IMG/VR virus record: IMGVR_UViG_3300042399_001449
Length of the DNA stretch: 20,000 bases
Direction: 5' to 3' (one strand)
From: an uncultured virus (IMG/VR IMGVR_UViG_3300042399_001449)
Lineage: Duplodnaviria; Heunggongvirae; Uroviricota; Caudoviricetes
Shown: positions 1 to 8,160 of the stretch, piece after piece
Layout: each line of letters begins with the position of its first letter
Numbering within the stretch: position 1 is the first letter of the stretch
Notes under the pieces: generated by a model
Told to the model about the DNA's origin: nothing
The model's database searches: none
Seen by the model: only the letters and a program-made list of their open reading frames with translations
Program-made: the position numbers and the translations under genes

Positions 1-1
1 T

Positions 2-598
2 AAATTAAAAAACATATTACAAGAAAATATGCGTAGCTTCGGAACTAAGAATTTATTAACCGAACAAGGAGCAGCTATTGAATTAATAGGTATGCCTCAA
101 GTTAAAGCTGCAACGCAATTCTTTAAAGCAGCATATGATAAGCAAGTACCTGCTCCTAATTACATATTAGGACAATATTATTTGAAAACAAACCCGACAG
201 ATTTTAACGCTGACGTTCGTAAAAATTATTTCGGTAAAGTTTTAGGTTTTGGACTAGTTCGATTCGGTACAATGACTATACCATTGTTAACCAATGGCGC
301 GCAAGACGAAGGCGGATCATTTCAATTTAACCCGGACCAAGTTACCCCGCAAGGGTATGACCTAGCATGGAAGGAATTGAGATTCTACTCGGAACCTTTT
401 GGTCCTGTACCTAAAGATTCCGCAGGCATGGCGAACAAAATTAATGCAGCATTTAATCAAATACCATTAAAAGATATTCAAGCTATGTATGCTGCAACAA
501 AGAATAAATATAACGCGCAAATTGTAGCATTCAAAGCATCGAAAGCTCCAGTATTAGCATTATTGACAGGAAATGCTAAAGCTTTCTACGGAGTATAA
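2..598 (+). CDS. Hypothetical (putative virion/head-packaged) protein, 5'-truncated by the window edge; paralogue of 612..1223
   Basis: The frame is open upstream of ATG 29 (2..28 reads KLKNILQEN), so the true start lies before the window and gives the IKLKxILxE leader. It shares PQVxAATxFFKAAxDK, YILGQYYLK, PLKDIQA and LLTGNAKAFxGV with 612..1223. Confidence 0.85.
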   Translation, partial: KLKNILQENMRSFGTKNLLTEQGAAIELIGMPQVKAATQFFKAAYDKQVPAPNYILGQYYLKTNPTDFNADVRKNYFGKVLGFGLVRFGTMTIPLLTNGAQDEGGSFQFNPDQVTPQGYDLAWKELRFYSEPFGPVPKDSAGMANKINAAFNQIPLKDIQAMYAATKNKYNAQIVAFKASKAPVLALLTGNAKAFYGV

Positions 599-611
599 AT
601 AAAAGTAAAAT

Positions 612-1223
612 ATGAAGAATCTTTTATCAGAAAATATGATGCGATTTGGAACTAAGAATTTATCTGAATCAAACATTAGAAACATTAATAAATCTTTATT
701 AACTGAAGGGGAAGTTGATTTAATGAAACTTCCGCAAGTTGCCGCAGCAACAAAATTCTTTAAAGCTGCGTGGGATAAGCGAGTTCAAAAACCTAGTTAT
801 ATATTAGGTCAATATTATTTAAAATCTGATCGAGAAACTAACTTCGAAACTGCATATCGTTATATGGGAAGTGTAGTTGGTTTTAAATTAGCTAGATTCG
901 GAACCTTAGTATTACCAGTTCCAGATTTATATATGGGTGGTAGATGGCAATTTGAAGGTACTGGAGCAAATGGTCCAATCGGCTTCAGTCAATTAATGTG
1001 GGATACTTCAGCTATAACTATAGAACCAAATATAAAGCCAGCTGATGCAGCAGCTTGGATCAATGAGGTATTTAATCAAATGCCACTTAAAGATATCCAA
1101 GCATTATATAATGCTTCGCCAGGAAAACCAAAATATGATACATATATTGCACAGTTAAAAACAGCAACAACTCCAATTAAGCCATTACTAACTGGCAATG
1201 CTAAAGCATTCTTTGGTGTATAA
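612..1223 (+). CDS. Hypothetical (putative virion/head-packaged) protein with MKNLLSENMMRFGTKNL leader
   Basis: 203 aa ORF, tandem paralogue of the upstream gene, followed by a terminator hairpin. Confidence 0.88.
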   Translation: MKNLLSENMMRFGTKNLSESNIRNINKSLLTEGEVDLMKLPQVAAATKFFKAAWDKRVQKPSYILGQYYLKSDRETNFETAYRYMGSVVGFKLARFGTLVLPVPDLYMGGRWQFEGTGANGPIGFSQLMWDTSAITIEPNIKPADAAAWINEVFNQMPLKDIQALYNASPGKPKYDTYIAQLKTATTPIKPLLTGNAKAFFGV

Positions 1224-1244
1224 ATAAAAAATATATAATGTAGG

Positions 1245-1271
1245 ATAGGGGCTTTAATTAGCCCCTATTTT
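1245..1271. terminator. Intrinsic terminator between convergent genes
   Basis: ATAGGGGCT-ttaatt-AGCCCCTAT perfect 9-bp stem followed by T run. Confidence 0.8.
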
Positions 1272-1272
1272 A

Positions 1273-1815
1273 CTATTCGATAAAACATTGTGCACATTCC
1301 ACATCGATGTTAATATTATTAAAGGTTAATACCGACCAAGTGTCTGAAAAATCTTTAATCATAATAACATGATCAATTAAATCTGGAATACCGGTATTAT
1401 ATAATTCTAAGATTTCAATTGTCTGAATATTATTTTTAAAATCATTAACATCTAAACTAAATTTTCCTACAATTTTCCTAGTATGATTAAATGTTGCTGT
1501 TAAGACCTCATCTGCATTTTTATCTGACATATAATCGTATCCATTAGAAAAATACATTGTGTCTGGAATTAATTTAAAGTATCCATGATTCCATTTAGTA
1601 AATCGATCATATGCTGAAATAAATGAATCTTTAATACTAGATTCTAATTTATTAACACGGCCGGAAACAACCATATTTCTAACGTGTGCTCCTGTATATT
1701 CAATACCGTAACGGTCTAATACTGCATTTTCAACTTCATTTAACATCGTAAATGTTATTTGCGAATATGTAACAGAATTAATTGCAATGGCTAATACTAA
1801 TAATAACTTTTTCAT
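1273..1815 (-). CDS. Secreted/periplasmic hypothetical protein with Sec signal peptide
   Basis: MKKLLLVLAIAINSVTYS|Q: basic N-terminus, hydrophobic core, Gln at the predicted +1 position (typical of Bacteroidota SPI substrates); has its own promoter at 1854-1886. Confidence 0.8.
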   Translation of the reverse strand: MKKLLLVLAIAINSVTYSQITFTMLNEVENAVLDRYGIEYTGAHVRNMVVSGRVNKLESSIKDSFISAYDRFTKWNHGYFKLIPDTMYFSNGYDYMSDKNADEVLTATFNHTRKIVGKFSLDVNDFKNNIQTIEILELYNTGIPDLIDHVIMIKDFSDTWSVLTFNNINIDVECAQCFIE

Positions 1816-1853
1816 CTCTTTTTAATTTAACTGATTAACTATTTAATTATACT

Positions 1854-1886
1854 ATATAATAAGAAGAATAATTCATGAATCCAATC
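1854..1886 (-). promoter_or_regulatory. Class-2 Bacteroidota-type promoter (GATTGGAT-N15-CTTATTATAT)
   Basis: Same architecture and 15-nt spacer as copies at 2856-2888, 5963-5994 and 19714-19746. Confidence 0.65.
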
Positions 1887-1909
1887 TATATGGTATTTTA
1901 ATTTTGCTT

Positions 1910-1917
1910 ATATTTAT
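1910..1917 (+). promoter_or_regulatory. Putative late promoter ATATTTAT
   Basis: The same 8-mer lies in sense orientation just upstream of several leader-bearing genes. Confidence 0.5.
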
Positions 1918-1944
1918 AATAAAGAATTTTAAAACAAGGAAAAT

Positions 1945-2565
1945 ATGAAGAATCTTTTATCAGAAAACATGATGCGATTTGGAACTAAGAATTTGTCTGA
2001 GGCAGCTCAGAAAGAATTAGTTATAAAATCAATTATGGAAACTATTGAACAACATGGATTATATAATGTAATTCGTAAAAAATTATCAGAACAAACAACA
2101 GTAAAACCAGGTGCAAAGGTAAATGTTGATTCACCAAGTAAAGGCCTAGTAGCAATGCCAGTGCCTACGGATTCAAAAACACAAGGTATGGCATCTAAAA
2201 TTATCGGTGGCATAATGAAAGCAACAGGCGGAATTGATGATAATAAAACAGTACAAAGTTTAGTATATTCAATTAAAACACCGGAACTATATTATGCATG
2301 TTTATATATGGTTGCACATTCTCCTGCAGTTAAAGCAAATTATGGTTTTAATTTTAGTACGGTTTGTAACATGTTAGGACAAGATATGACCCATGCAGCT
2401 GGTGCGAAAGGCGCATATGCTCCAGGTAGTAGAATTAAAATGGATTCTCCAGGTGCAATGGTTGCAAAAGCAACAGGCTATGAAGGTATGTATAGAGATA
2501 TCGAACGTCACTTGCAACAATTCAATTTAGAGGAAGAATTACCAACAGAAAAAAATAATGCTTAA
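1945..2565 (+). CDS. Hypothetical (putative virion/head-packaged) protein with MKNLLSENMMRFGTKNL leader
   Basis: 206 aa. First 19 aa identical to 612..1223, remainder unrelated; AAGGA upstream. Confidence 0.88.
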   Translation: MKNLLSENMMRFGTKNLSEAAQKELVIKSIMETIEQHGLYNVIRKKLSEQTTVKPGAKVNVDSPSKGLVAMPVPTDSKTQGMASKIIGGIMKATGGIDDNKTVQSLVYSIKTPELYYACLYMVAHSPAVKANYGFNFSTVCNMLGQDMTHAAGAKGAYAPGSRIKMDSPGAMVAKATGYEGMYRDIERHLQQFNLEEELPTEKNNA

Positions 2566-2569
2566 ATAA

Positions 2570-2604
2570 AAAAAAGCCCCTTCCTAATAAGTTGGGGCTT
2601 TTTT
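2570..2604. terminator. Bidirectional intrinsic terminator
   Basis: AAAAAAGCCCC...GGGGCTTTTTT inverted repeat with A and T tails between convergent genes. Confidence 0.85.
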
Positions 2605-2621
2605 ACTGTTATATAACTAAA

Positions 2622-2819
2622 TTATTTAATTCTTCGAATAACTTTTCTTGCTAATAATGGGATTGTAATCGCTAAAATTGCAATTGATAAGATATTCAAA
2701 TCATACAACCATCCTTCAAACAATGGGCCTTGACCTTTTGCTGGAGTTTGTGTAAAAATTGTGAATACTACTAATTTAAAAAATAATGCTGCTGCAAATA
2801 AAACTACTAACTTTTTCAT
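2622..2819 (-). CDS. Small membrane protein (two hydrophobic segments)
   Basis: 65 aa with two hydrophobic stretches and a basic C-terminus; own promoter upstream. Confidence 0.75.
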   Translation of the reverse strand: MKKLVVLFAAALFFKLVVFTIFTQTPAKGQGPLFEGWLYDLNILSIAILAITIPLLARKVIRRIK

Positions 2820-2855
2820 AACTCTTTAATTTTAATTAATAACTCTTTTATATTA

Positions 2856-2888
2856 TTATAATAAGAAATTAATTAATCAATTCCAACC
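2856..2888 (-). promoter_or_regulatory. Class-2 Bacteroidota-type promoter (GGTTGGAA-N15-CTTATTATAA)
   Basis: Motif and 15-nt spacer conserved; upstream of 2819. Confidence 0.65.
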
Positions 2889-2903
2889 GAATCTTAGAAA
2901 AAG

Positions 2904-3488
2904 TTAATCTTTTTTTACGAATCCATTTAAAAAGTCTCGTTGCTTTTGAATTGCAACATCTAACTCTGTTGGCTCTGCAACTTTTCGTTTTCTTGTATTA
3001 TTTGCAGTGTTTCTTGCAGCGCTAGATTTAGTATCCACTTTTGTGCTAGATCGTTTGGATCTTGCTTTTGTATCTTTAACAATAATACTTGTAGAATCTG
3101 ATCCGCTTTCTCTACTATCAGCTGCGATTTTAGTTGCTGACCCTCCGGTGATAATAGAAACTGTTTTAATTGGTCTTGATTTGGGTTGATTTCGCTCGGT
3201 TTCAATGCGTCTCGTGAGTTCGTCTTGTCCAATTGACTTTGTGGTTTCATAAAGGATGTATCCAACGCTATACGACGTCTTTTCGTTCTGAATCTCCATA
3301 CCACACGGATAATTCGTTTTATCAACTGATTGAACCGTATATTGAATACCCCAACCAACTTTTTTAAATTTAGTAACATAACCACATTGTTTTTGACCCA
3401 TCCAAGAAAAGAAAACCGCTGCTCCTGATTGGAACTGCGGCTTCTCAAATTTTTTCTGAACGGCATCTGTTATTTTTTGTTTTGCCAT
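2904..3488 (-). CDS. Hypothetical protein with an N-terminal SH3/KOW-like beta domain and a basic low-complexity tail
   Basis: 194 aa; PQFQSGAAVFF..CGYVTK..IQYTV pattern; K/R/S-rich C-terminal half. Confidence 0.8.
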   Translation of the reverse strand: MAKQKITDAVQKKFEKPQFQSGAAVFFSWMGQKQCGYVTKFKKVGWGIQYTVQSVDKTNYPCGMEIQNEKTSYSVGYILYETTKSIGQDELTRRIETERNQPKSRPIKTVSIITGGSATKIAADSRESGSDSTSIIVKDTKARSKRSSTKVDTKSSAARNTANNTRKRKVAEPTELDVAIQKQRDFLNGFVKKD

Positions 3489-3494
3489 TTGATT

Positions 3495-3935
3495 TTAATT
3501 AGTGCATATAACTGATACCTGATTGATTATATTAAATACCCTTAGATATCTAGTAATTTTATCACGCTTAAACATTTTCTCCATTTCTTTATCTCTACGA
3601 AGAATATATCCAGACTCAAAGAAACGATATACAATTTGCCGTACTGATCTGATACTATTAGATTCAACCATTATATTTTCATCATCTATCATGACTTCAA
3701 CATAATCAGCACCGGCCGGCAATTGTTTAGGACGTTCATCATATTGAGCAGATTCAACTAATGATTCTTTAATCATATCAAATACGCGTCCTAAATCAAT
3801 TCCTTTTGATTCTCGGATCAAAGCCCCTTCATACAATTCAAACAAGAATTGCATTTTTTCAGCTTTTGGAAGTTTTTTGAAGTAACTATATTCTGCATAG
3901 TTAACTTGCATTGTATCAAATACTGATTTCATCAT
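3495..3935 (-). CDS. Hypothetical protein
   Basis: 146 aa ORF in a tightly packed minus-strand operon. Confidence 0.8.
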   Translation of the reverse strand: MMKSVFDTMQVNYAEYSYFKKLPKAEKMQFLFELYEGALIRESKGIDLGRVFDMIKESLVESAQYDERPKQLPAGADYVEVMIDDENIMVESNSIRSVRQIVYRFFESGYILRRDKEMEKMFKRDKITRYLRVFNIINQVSVICTN

Positions 3936-4095
3936 TACGCACCTGTTTTATTTCAAATAAACTTATAACTGCGTCAAGTGGCAGTCTTTTAATTTCCATG
4001 ACCATAGTCTGGGCTTCATCTAAGTTATTTGCATTTACTCGGCCAATAACTTCTCTTGAAGAATCTGATTTATAATAATACACATACGTTGTCAT
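3916..4095 (-). CDS. Small hypothetical protein (59 aa, not in ORF track)
   Basis: Manual translation MTTYVYYYKSDSSREVIGRVNANNLDEAQTMVMEIKRLPLDAVISLFEIKQVRNDEISI; fills the gap; ATATTTAT upstream (4116-4123). Confidence 0.7.
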   Translation of the reverse strand: MTTYVYYYKSDSSREVIGRVNANNLDEAQTMVMEIKRLPLDAVISLFEIKQVRNDEISI

Positions 4096-4113
4096 AAGCG
4101 TGCCTATATTTTA

Positions 4114-4506
4114 TTATAAATATAAACCTAGCTCATATCCTTTGATAGCTGAGTTAAGTGAATCATTCAATGTTTCGAATAATTTTCCAATTTCCATTCT
4201 AGTTAGCATAAATACACGCCCTTTAATAGAAACTTCAAATGTCTCAGTTTTAGCAGTACGTTCTGCATATAAATTAGTAGACAATGTTCCTATTGATTTC
4301 GTATAAGAAATTAAATCTTTATAACGCATAGGAATCGAAGTGGTTACTACGTGTAGTGAACCCATTGTTACATTCATTGGATCTTCCCGGAAGACTTCTG
4401 CAGAAATTTTAGATTCGAATGTAAAATCTAAGTCTGCCCATGTATTGCCGTAACGATTTCTCATTTTGTCGCTAATAGCCCATGGTTGATTGATACTTGT
4501 TGTCAT
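4114..4506 (-). CDS. Hypothetical protein
   Basis: 130 aa ORF, operonic spacing. Confidence 0.8.
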   Translation of the reverse strand: MTTSINQPWAISDKMRNRYGNTWADLDFTFESKISAEVFREDPMNVTMGSLHVVTTSIPMRYKDLISYTKSIGTLSTNLYAERTAKTETFEVSIKGRVFMLTRMEIGKLFETLNDSLNSAIKGYELGLYL

Positions 4507-4511
4507 TTTTG

Positions 4512-5171
4512 TTAGAATTTATAAATTAATACTGTATATACGTCATTTGCGTAGTTATGTCGAATTGTTACATATCGATATTTTTCAATCAACATATCCA
4601 TCACTAAACCAGGATGTACATAAAAGAATCCTTCGTGGTGTTGGTTGTTAATTGGCGACAATAAATTAAATGCTACTACAGAACCAGCTGCATCATACAT
4701 TAACTCAATGTCATTGAATAATTTTTGAAGATCTTTATCTTCAGTATCACATCTTCGTTGTGTGAATACCCCCGATGCTACTACCCAATCATATGTATTT
4801 AGTTTGACAGGTGGTTTCTCAAAAGCTCCGGTGATGATATCATATCCATATTTTTGTTTAGCTAAATCTGCCATTAATGGATTATGATCAATTCCAGTAT
4901 ATGGAGGATGTTCTCCATAAAAATCATTAATGAAGTTACACATATCCGCTCTACCACATCCGATGTCTAAAATTGTTTGTGTAGGCAAATATCCTACTAA
5001 TAAGTTTTGAAACAAATAATGTTGTTCATTTGTATCATGATATCCTACTGGCTTTGGACTATATAACATATAATCTAAATCAGTCGGTTGTAAGCCATCC
5101 CAATACTGTTTCGTTTCGTCTGGGGCATCAAGGATACTAGTTATCTTGTTTTGTATATCTTCTTGTTTCAT
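4512..5171 (-). CDS. Class I SAM-dependent methyltransferase
   Basis: Motif I ILDIGCGRAD, motif II YTGIDHN, post-II YDWVVASGVF; no DPPY/PC DNA-MTase motif. Confidence 0.88.
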   Translation of the reverse strand: MKQEDIQNKITSILDAPDETKQYWDGLQPTDLDYMLYSPKPVGYHDTNEQHYLFQNLLVGYLPTQTILDIGCGRADMCNFINDFYGEHPPYTGIDHNPLMADLAKQKYGYDIITGAFEKPPVKLNTYDWVVASGVFTQRRCDTEDKDLQKLFNDIELMYDAAGSVVAFNLLSPINNQHHEGFFYVHPGLVMDMLIEKYRYVTIRHNYANDVYTVLIYKF

Positions 5172-5458
5172 CTTTGTCTGTGAATTCGATTAGCAATACG
5201 TTCTTTATTTTGATGTTTTCTTTCGTCCGACATCATTTTCTTTAAAGGATGTGTACGATTCATGTTACGTTCGGTACGTGCGGTTAAAAGTGCATTATTC
5301 CAAGCTTCTTCAATCGTATCACAATCTTCTAGTAAAAAAACATCATTCAAGTTCTGTTCTTGCCATTCAATAAAGTAATGTCCGGAAGGCGACACTGATA
5401 GCATCGCCCCTGGATATTGTTTTTTTACTTGTTTTTGTATGGTTTCGAGTTTAATCAT
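5168..5458 (-). CDS. Hypothetical protein
   Basis: ATG at 5458 overlaps the upstream stop (TAATG), so it is preferred over the TTG at 5464. Confidence 0.78.
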   Translation of the reverse strand: MIKLETIQKQVKKQYPGAMLSVSPSGHYFIEWQEQNLNDVFLLEDCDTIEEAWNNALLTARTERNMNRTHPLKKMMSDERKHQNKERIANRIHRQR

Positions 5459-5757
5459 TACCAAGAAGCTTTACCTGCAGAATTAGCATCTAAGTGTGGA
5501 AGTTGTTCATTTGCTACTAACTCTTTATATGGTATAGTAGAACGAATCATTTCAGTATCACACAATTTAGCAGTTAATGCTTTATTAATGAAAGTTTTAG
5601 CACTATTCGATGTTCCTATCATTACTAATGCTGATCGACTCTCTAATAAGATGTCATATACTGATAATTTGTTGATAATTCGTTTTGCTAAAACGACGCC
5701 TAATTGATTTTTGTCTTCTGTTGTGACAATTACTTCATCTCCTGCCTTGAATGCCAT
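5458..5757 (-). CDS. Hypothetical protein with KOW/SH3-like N-terminus
   Basis: FKAGDEVIV..GVVL..YDILL pattern; translationally coupled on both sides. Confidence 0.8.
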   Translation of the reverse strand: MAFKAGDEVIVTTEDKNQLGVVLAKRIINKLSVYDILLESRSALVMIGTSNSAKTFINKALTAKLCDTEMIRSTIPYKELVANEQLPHLDANSAGKASW

Positions 5758-5927
5758 TATTCTAAGATTTTGATGATTTTACTAGCAGTTACTGATTTAA
5801 CTTCAAAGTCAAATGTATATCCGGTAAAGTCTTCTACTAGATAAGTTTCTGTAACTTTTTTGATTTTCACTCCTTTCGGCGTGTCTACTTCATCCGTTAG
5901 TTGGATTTTTGCTGTGTAATAACTCAT
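5757..5927 (-). CDS. DUF4494-like small protein (56 aa, not in ORF track), apparently lacking the central helix
   Basis: MSYYTAKIQLTDEVDTPKGVKIKKVTETYLVEDFTGYTFDFEVKSVTASKIIKILE; KKVTExYLV matches my recollection of Bacteroidota DUF4494; TAATG coupling to the next gene. Confidence 0.7.
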   Translation of the reverse strand: MSYYTAKIQLTDEVDTPKGVKIKKVTETYLVEDFTGYTFDFEVKSVTASKIIKILE

Positions 5928-5962
5928 TTTTATTTGTTTTTAATAAATACTATAACTTATTG

Positions 5963-5994
5963 ATAATATAAGAAAAAAATTTCGTGATTCAAAT
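5963..5994 (-). promoter_or_regulatory. Bacteroidota-type promoter (TTTGAA-N15-CTTATATTAT)
   Basis: Canonical TTTG -33 box with the same spacing as the other copies; heads the 5927-2904 operon. Confidence 0.65.
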
Positions 5995-5999
5995 GAAAT

Positions 6000-6815
6000 T
6001 TACTTGTTTTTTTCTAGTTCTTTTTGCAAACGCTTTTGTGATCTATGAAATTCATATGATTGACGAATGTGTTTAGCTGACAAATCGAAGTTAACTTGCA
6101 AATTATCTAAAATATCAGCAATTAAACGTTCTTTTTCGAATGTCGTTTTAGTATTTCTAAGCATTGCATCAATAATTCGTTCTAGATGACGAATATATTG
6201 CTTTGGTAGTCGACGTAAAACTCTAGATTTTGAAATGTGTATTTCAACTTCTTGCTTTTTAGTGTCTTTTTTTTCAGAAATCAGCTGTTTTGCAACAGTA
6301 ACTGTCTCTTTTAATACATCGCCATACTTAACAACCCACGCAACTTCCGGTGCTGGTGGAGCTGGAGGTGTTTCTTCGGCACCAGGAGTAGGAGCAGCGC
6401 CACCACCTGCGGCTCCTACCTGAGCTTTTTCTTTATCTGCGTCGCCTAATCCAGCAACATCATCTAATGATAATTGCAATTCCAATGTATAATCAGTATT
6501 TCTTCCGAATCCGGTATATGGAACTACTTTAATAATGTTATGTCGTATTAAACTTAAAAGAATTCCTGGAGTGATATTCAAATCAGCTCCACTTCTTGTT
6601 ATGAATTCACGAACCCCAGCATCGCTAGGAGAATATAATATACCTAAATGACGCGAACCATATGCATCAAATTTACCTAAAAACTTTTCTTCTGCTGGCG
6701 TAAATGGTGAGTCTACTGCATCTTTCGGAGCGTTGTCGGTAACTTTTGCTGGCCCAGTTGCTTGTTCAGCAATTAGTGTGCGTAAAGTTTGTTGTATATT
6801 ATATTTAGTTTCCAT
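6000..6815 (-). CDS. Hypothetical protein with Pro/Ala/Gly-rich linker (possibly virion-associated)
   Basis: 271 aa; N-terminal LRTLIAEQ resembles the LxxLLxE leader; GAAGGGAAPTPGAEETPPAPPAP linker. Confidence 0.85.
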   Translation of the reverse strand: METKYNIQQTLRTLIAEQATGPAKVTDNAPKDAVDSPFTPAEEKFLGKFDAYGSRHLGILYSPSDAGVREFITRSGADLNITPGILLSLIRHNIIKVVPYTGFGRNTDYTLELQLSLDDVAGLGDADKEKAQVGAAGGGAAPTPGAEETPPAPPAPEVAWVVKYGDVLKETVTVAKQLISEKKDTKKQEVEIHISKSRVLRRLPKQYIRHLERIIDAMLRNTKTTFEKERLIADILDNLQVNFDLSAKHIRQSYEFHRSQKRLQKELEKNK

Positions 6816-7000
6816 TATGCTGCTTTTGCTTCTGCTAATTGAGTTGAACGATATTTGCTAACTAATTTTTTCATCTCATTAATTGATTTGCGAGCTCTAA
6901 CGCCTGCAGCTTTAACTTGTTTTTCTTGAAAGCGATCATGGTTTTCTTTAAATGTTAACCAATGTGCTTCCATTGCTTCATAGATTTCTTGTGATGTCAT
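6815..7000 (-). CDS. Histone H1-like (Hc1-type) small basic DNA-binding protein
   Basis: KAAGVRARKSINEMKKLVSKYR matches the Bacteroidota Hc1-like motif (GNKAAGTRARK..LE..K...R). Confidence 0.75.
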   Translation of the reverse strand: MTSQEIYEAMEAHWLTFKENHDRFQEKQVKAAGVRARKSINEMKKLVSKYRSTQLAEAKAA

Positions 7001-7037
7001 ATTAACCTTTATTTGTTTATAAATATATTAATAAATA

Positions 7038-7232
7038 TCACACTTTAATAAAACGCTCCATAAATGCATCTAAAGTGTAGCCTGCAGTTTCAATTGTATC
7101 ATAACTAGTAAGTTCGATAACAATTTTACCTTTTTTCTCATAAATTTGTTGTATATGAGATTGATTCACATAATGTACAGACTCAGACGCATCTGAACTA
7201 ATTGATATAATACGTATGAAGTCTGTTTTCAT
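7038..7232 (-). CDS. Small hypothetical protein
   Basis: 64 aa; VHYVNQSHIQQIYE..IVIEL beta-rich pattern. Confidence 0.72.
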   Translation of the reverse strand: MKTDFIRIISISSDASESVHYVNQSHIQQIYEKKGKIVIELTSYDTIETAGYTLDAFMERFIKV

Positions 7233-7234
7233 TG

Positions 7235-7777
7235 TTAATCTCCGCGGTAAATTGCACCCATATATCCACGTGATGGATTTTCTCTATCATATGGATCAAA
7301 ATCTGGTGATGTAGGTGTTTCTGGTCTAGGAGCTGCTGCTGGCTTTTTTGAATTTATATATTGCCATACTGCTATGTTCAATTTATATGCTTGATCAACA
7401 GTTAAATCAGTTAACTCAGCGCGACCAACTTTTTCTAAAAACTTTTTCACAAACGGCTCAGCAATTGGATTTTGTTTAACAGCATAAGCAGTTCCTCGCA
7501 ACATTGAGCCACCGCCTTGATCTGTACGAGCTAAACGATATGGATCTAAATCAATTAAATCTTGTGTGTCTGCTGGAACTTCATCCCAAGTAACATTGAG
7601 TAATGCGTCTGGATTTGGTTCTTTGGCTACGTATAACGCTTCCTTACGATCTTCAGGTGTCATTAAATCCCAAATGCGGTCAGCACTATAAGATTGTTCC
7701 ATAAGACGCTTAGCACGTGCTATCTCTTCCTTAAGGATTTGTTTGTGTCGAGGGTTGTTGATATCAAAAATATTCAT
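7235..7777 (-). CDS. Hypothetical protein (possibly virion-associated)
   Basis: 180 aa; ILKEEIARAKRLMEQ N-terminal helix; TAATG-coupled to the upstream gene. Confidence 0.82.
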   Translation of the reverse strand: MNIFDINNPRHKQILKEEIARAKRLMEQSYSADRIWDLMTPEDRKEALYVAKEPNPDALLNVTWDEVPADTQDLIDLDPYRLARTDQGGGSMLRGTAYAVKQNPIAEPFVKKFLEKVGRAELTDLTVDQAYKLNIAVWQYINSKKPAAAPRPETPTSPDFDPYDRENPSRGYMGAIYRGD

Positions 7778-8151
7778 TACTGTAAATTTTCTAATTTATA
7801 TATTGTTGTATATATTAAATCTTTGAATGTATCTAATTGGTTGATAATGTTTGTGTCTTTAGGATCTAGTTTATCGTAAGCACGATCAATGAATGTGGCT
7901 AATCCTTTAAAATACTTAAGCGCTGTAGCTTGACTATATTCATCAAATTTTTCCGCCGGCGCAAATCCTTTAAGGATACCATATTTACCTTGATATGCTT
8001 CTACTAATGCATCAATCATATCAGGTATTGCATCATAATATTTACCTAATGCTTTATGTGCAGCAAAAGATCCTGCACCAGTTGTTTGCCAATGAAAAAC
8101 ATGTGCTTGATCACGTGATGCCATTAGTGTTGATATTAATTTTTCAAACAT
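7777..8151 (-). CDS. Ferritin/Dps-like four-helix protein (DUF5856-like)
   Basis: QAHVFHWQT, HKALGKYYD, DALVEAYQG and YKL motifs typical of phage Dps/ferritin-like proteins. Confidence 0.8.
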   Translation of the reverse strand: MFEKLISTLMASRDQAHVFHWQTTGAGSFAAHKALGKYYDAIPDMIDALVEAYQGKYGILKGFAPAEKFDEYSQATALKYFKGLATFIDRAYDKLDPKDTNIINQLDTFKDLIYTTIYKLENLQ

Positions 8152-8160
8152 TTTCTACCT

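Noticed and set aside
594..1226. T4-type late promoter TATAAATA at 594-601 and 1219-1226
   Set aside because: Both arise from the paralogous GTA-TAA-ATA gene ends, and the second points into a terminator; the motif positioned upstream of genes is ATATTTAT.
2960..3466. 168-aa alternate-frame ORF nested in 2904..3488
   Set aside because: No RBS or recognisable motifs and fully overlapped by a better operon-fitting gene; overprinting cannot be supported without conservation data.
4512..5171. DNA methyltransferase / restriction-modification component
   Set aside because: Lacks DPPY/NPPY or PCQ catalytic motifs; looks like a small-molecule or sugar-type class I methyltransferase.
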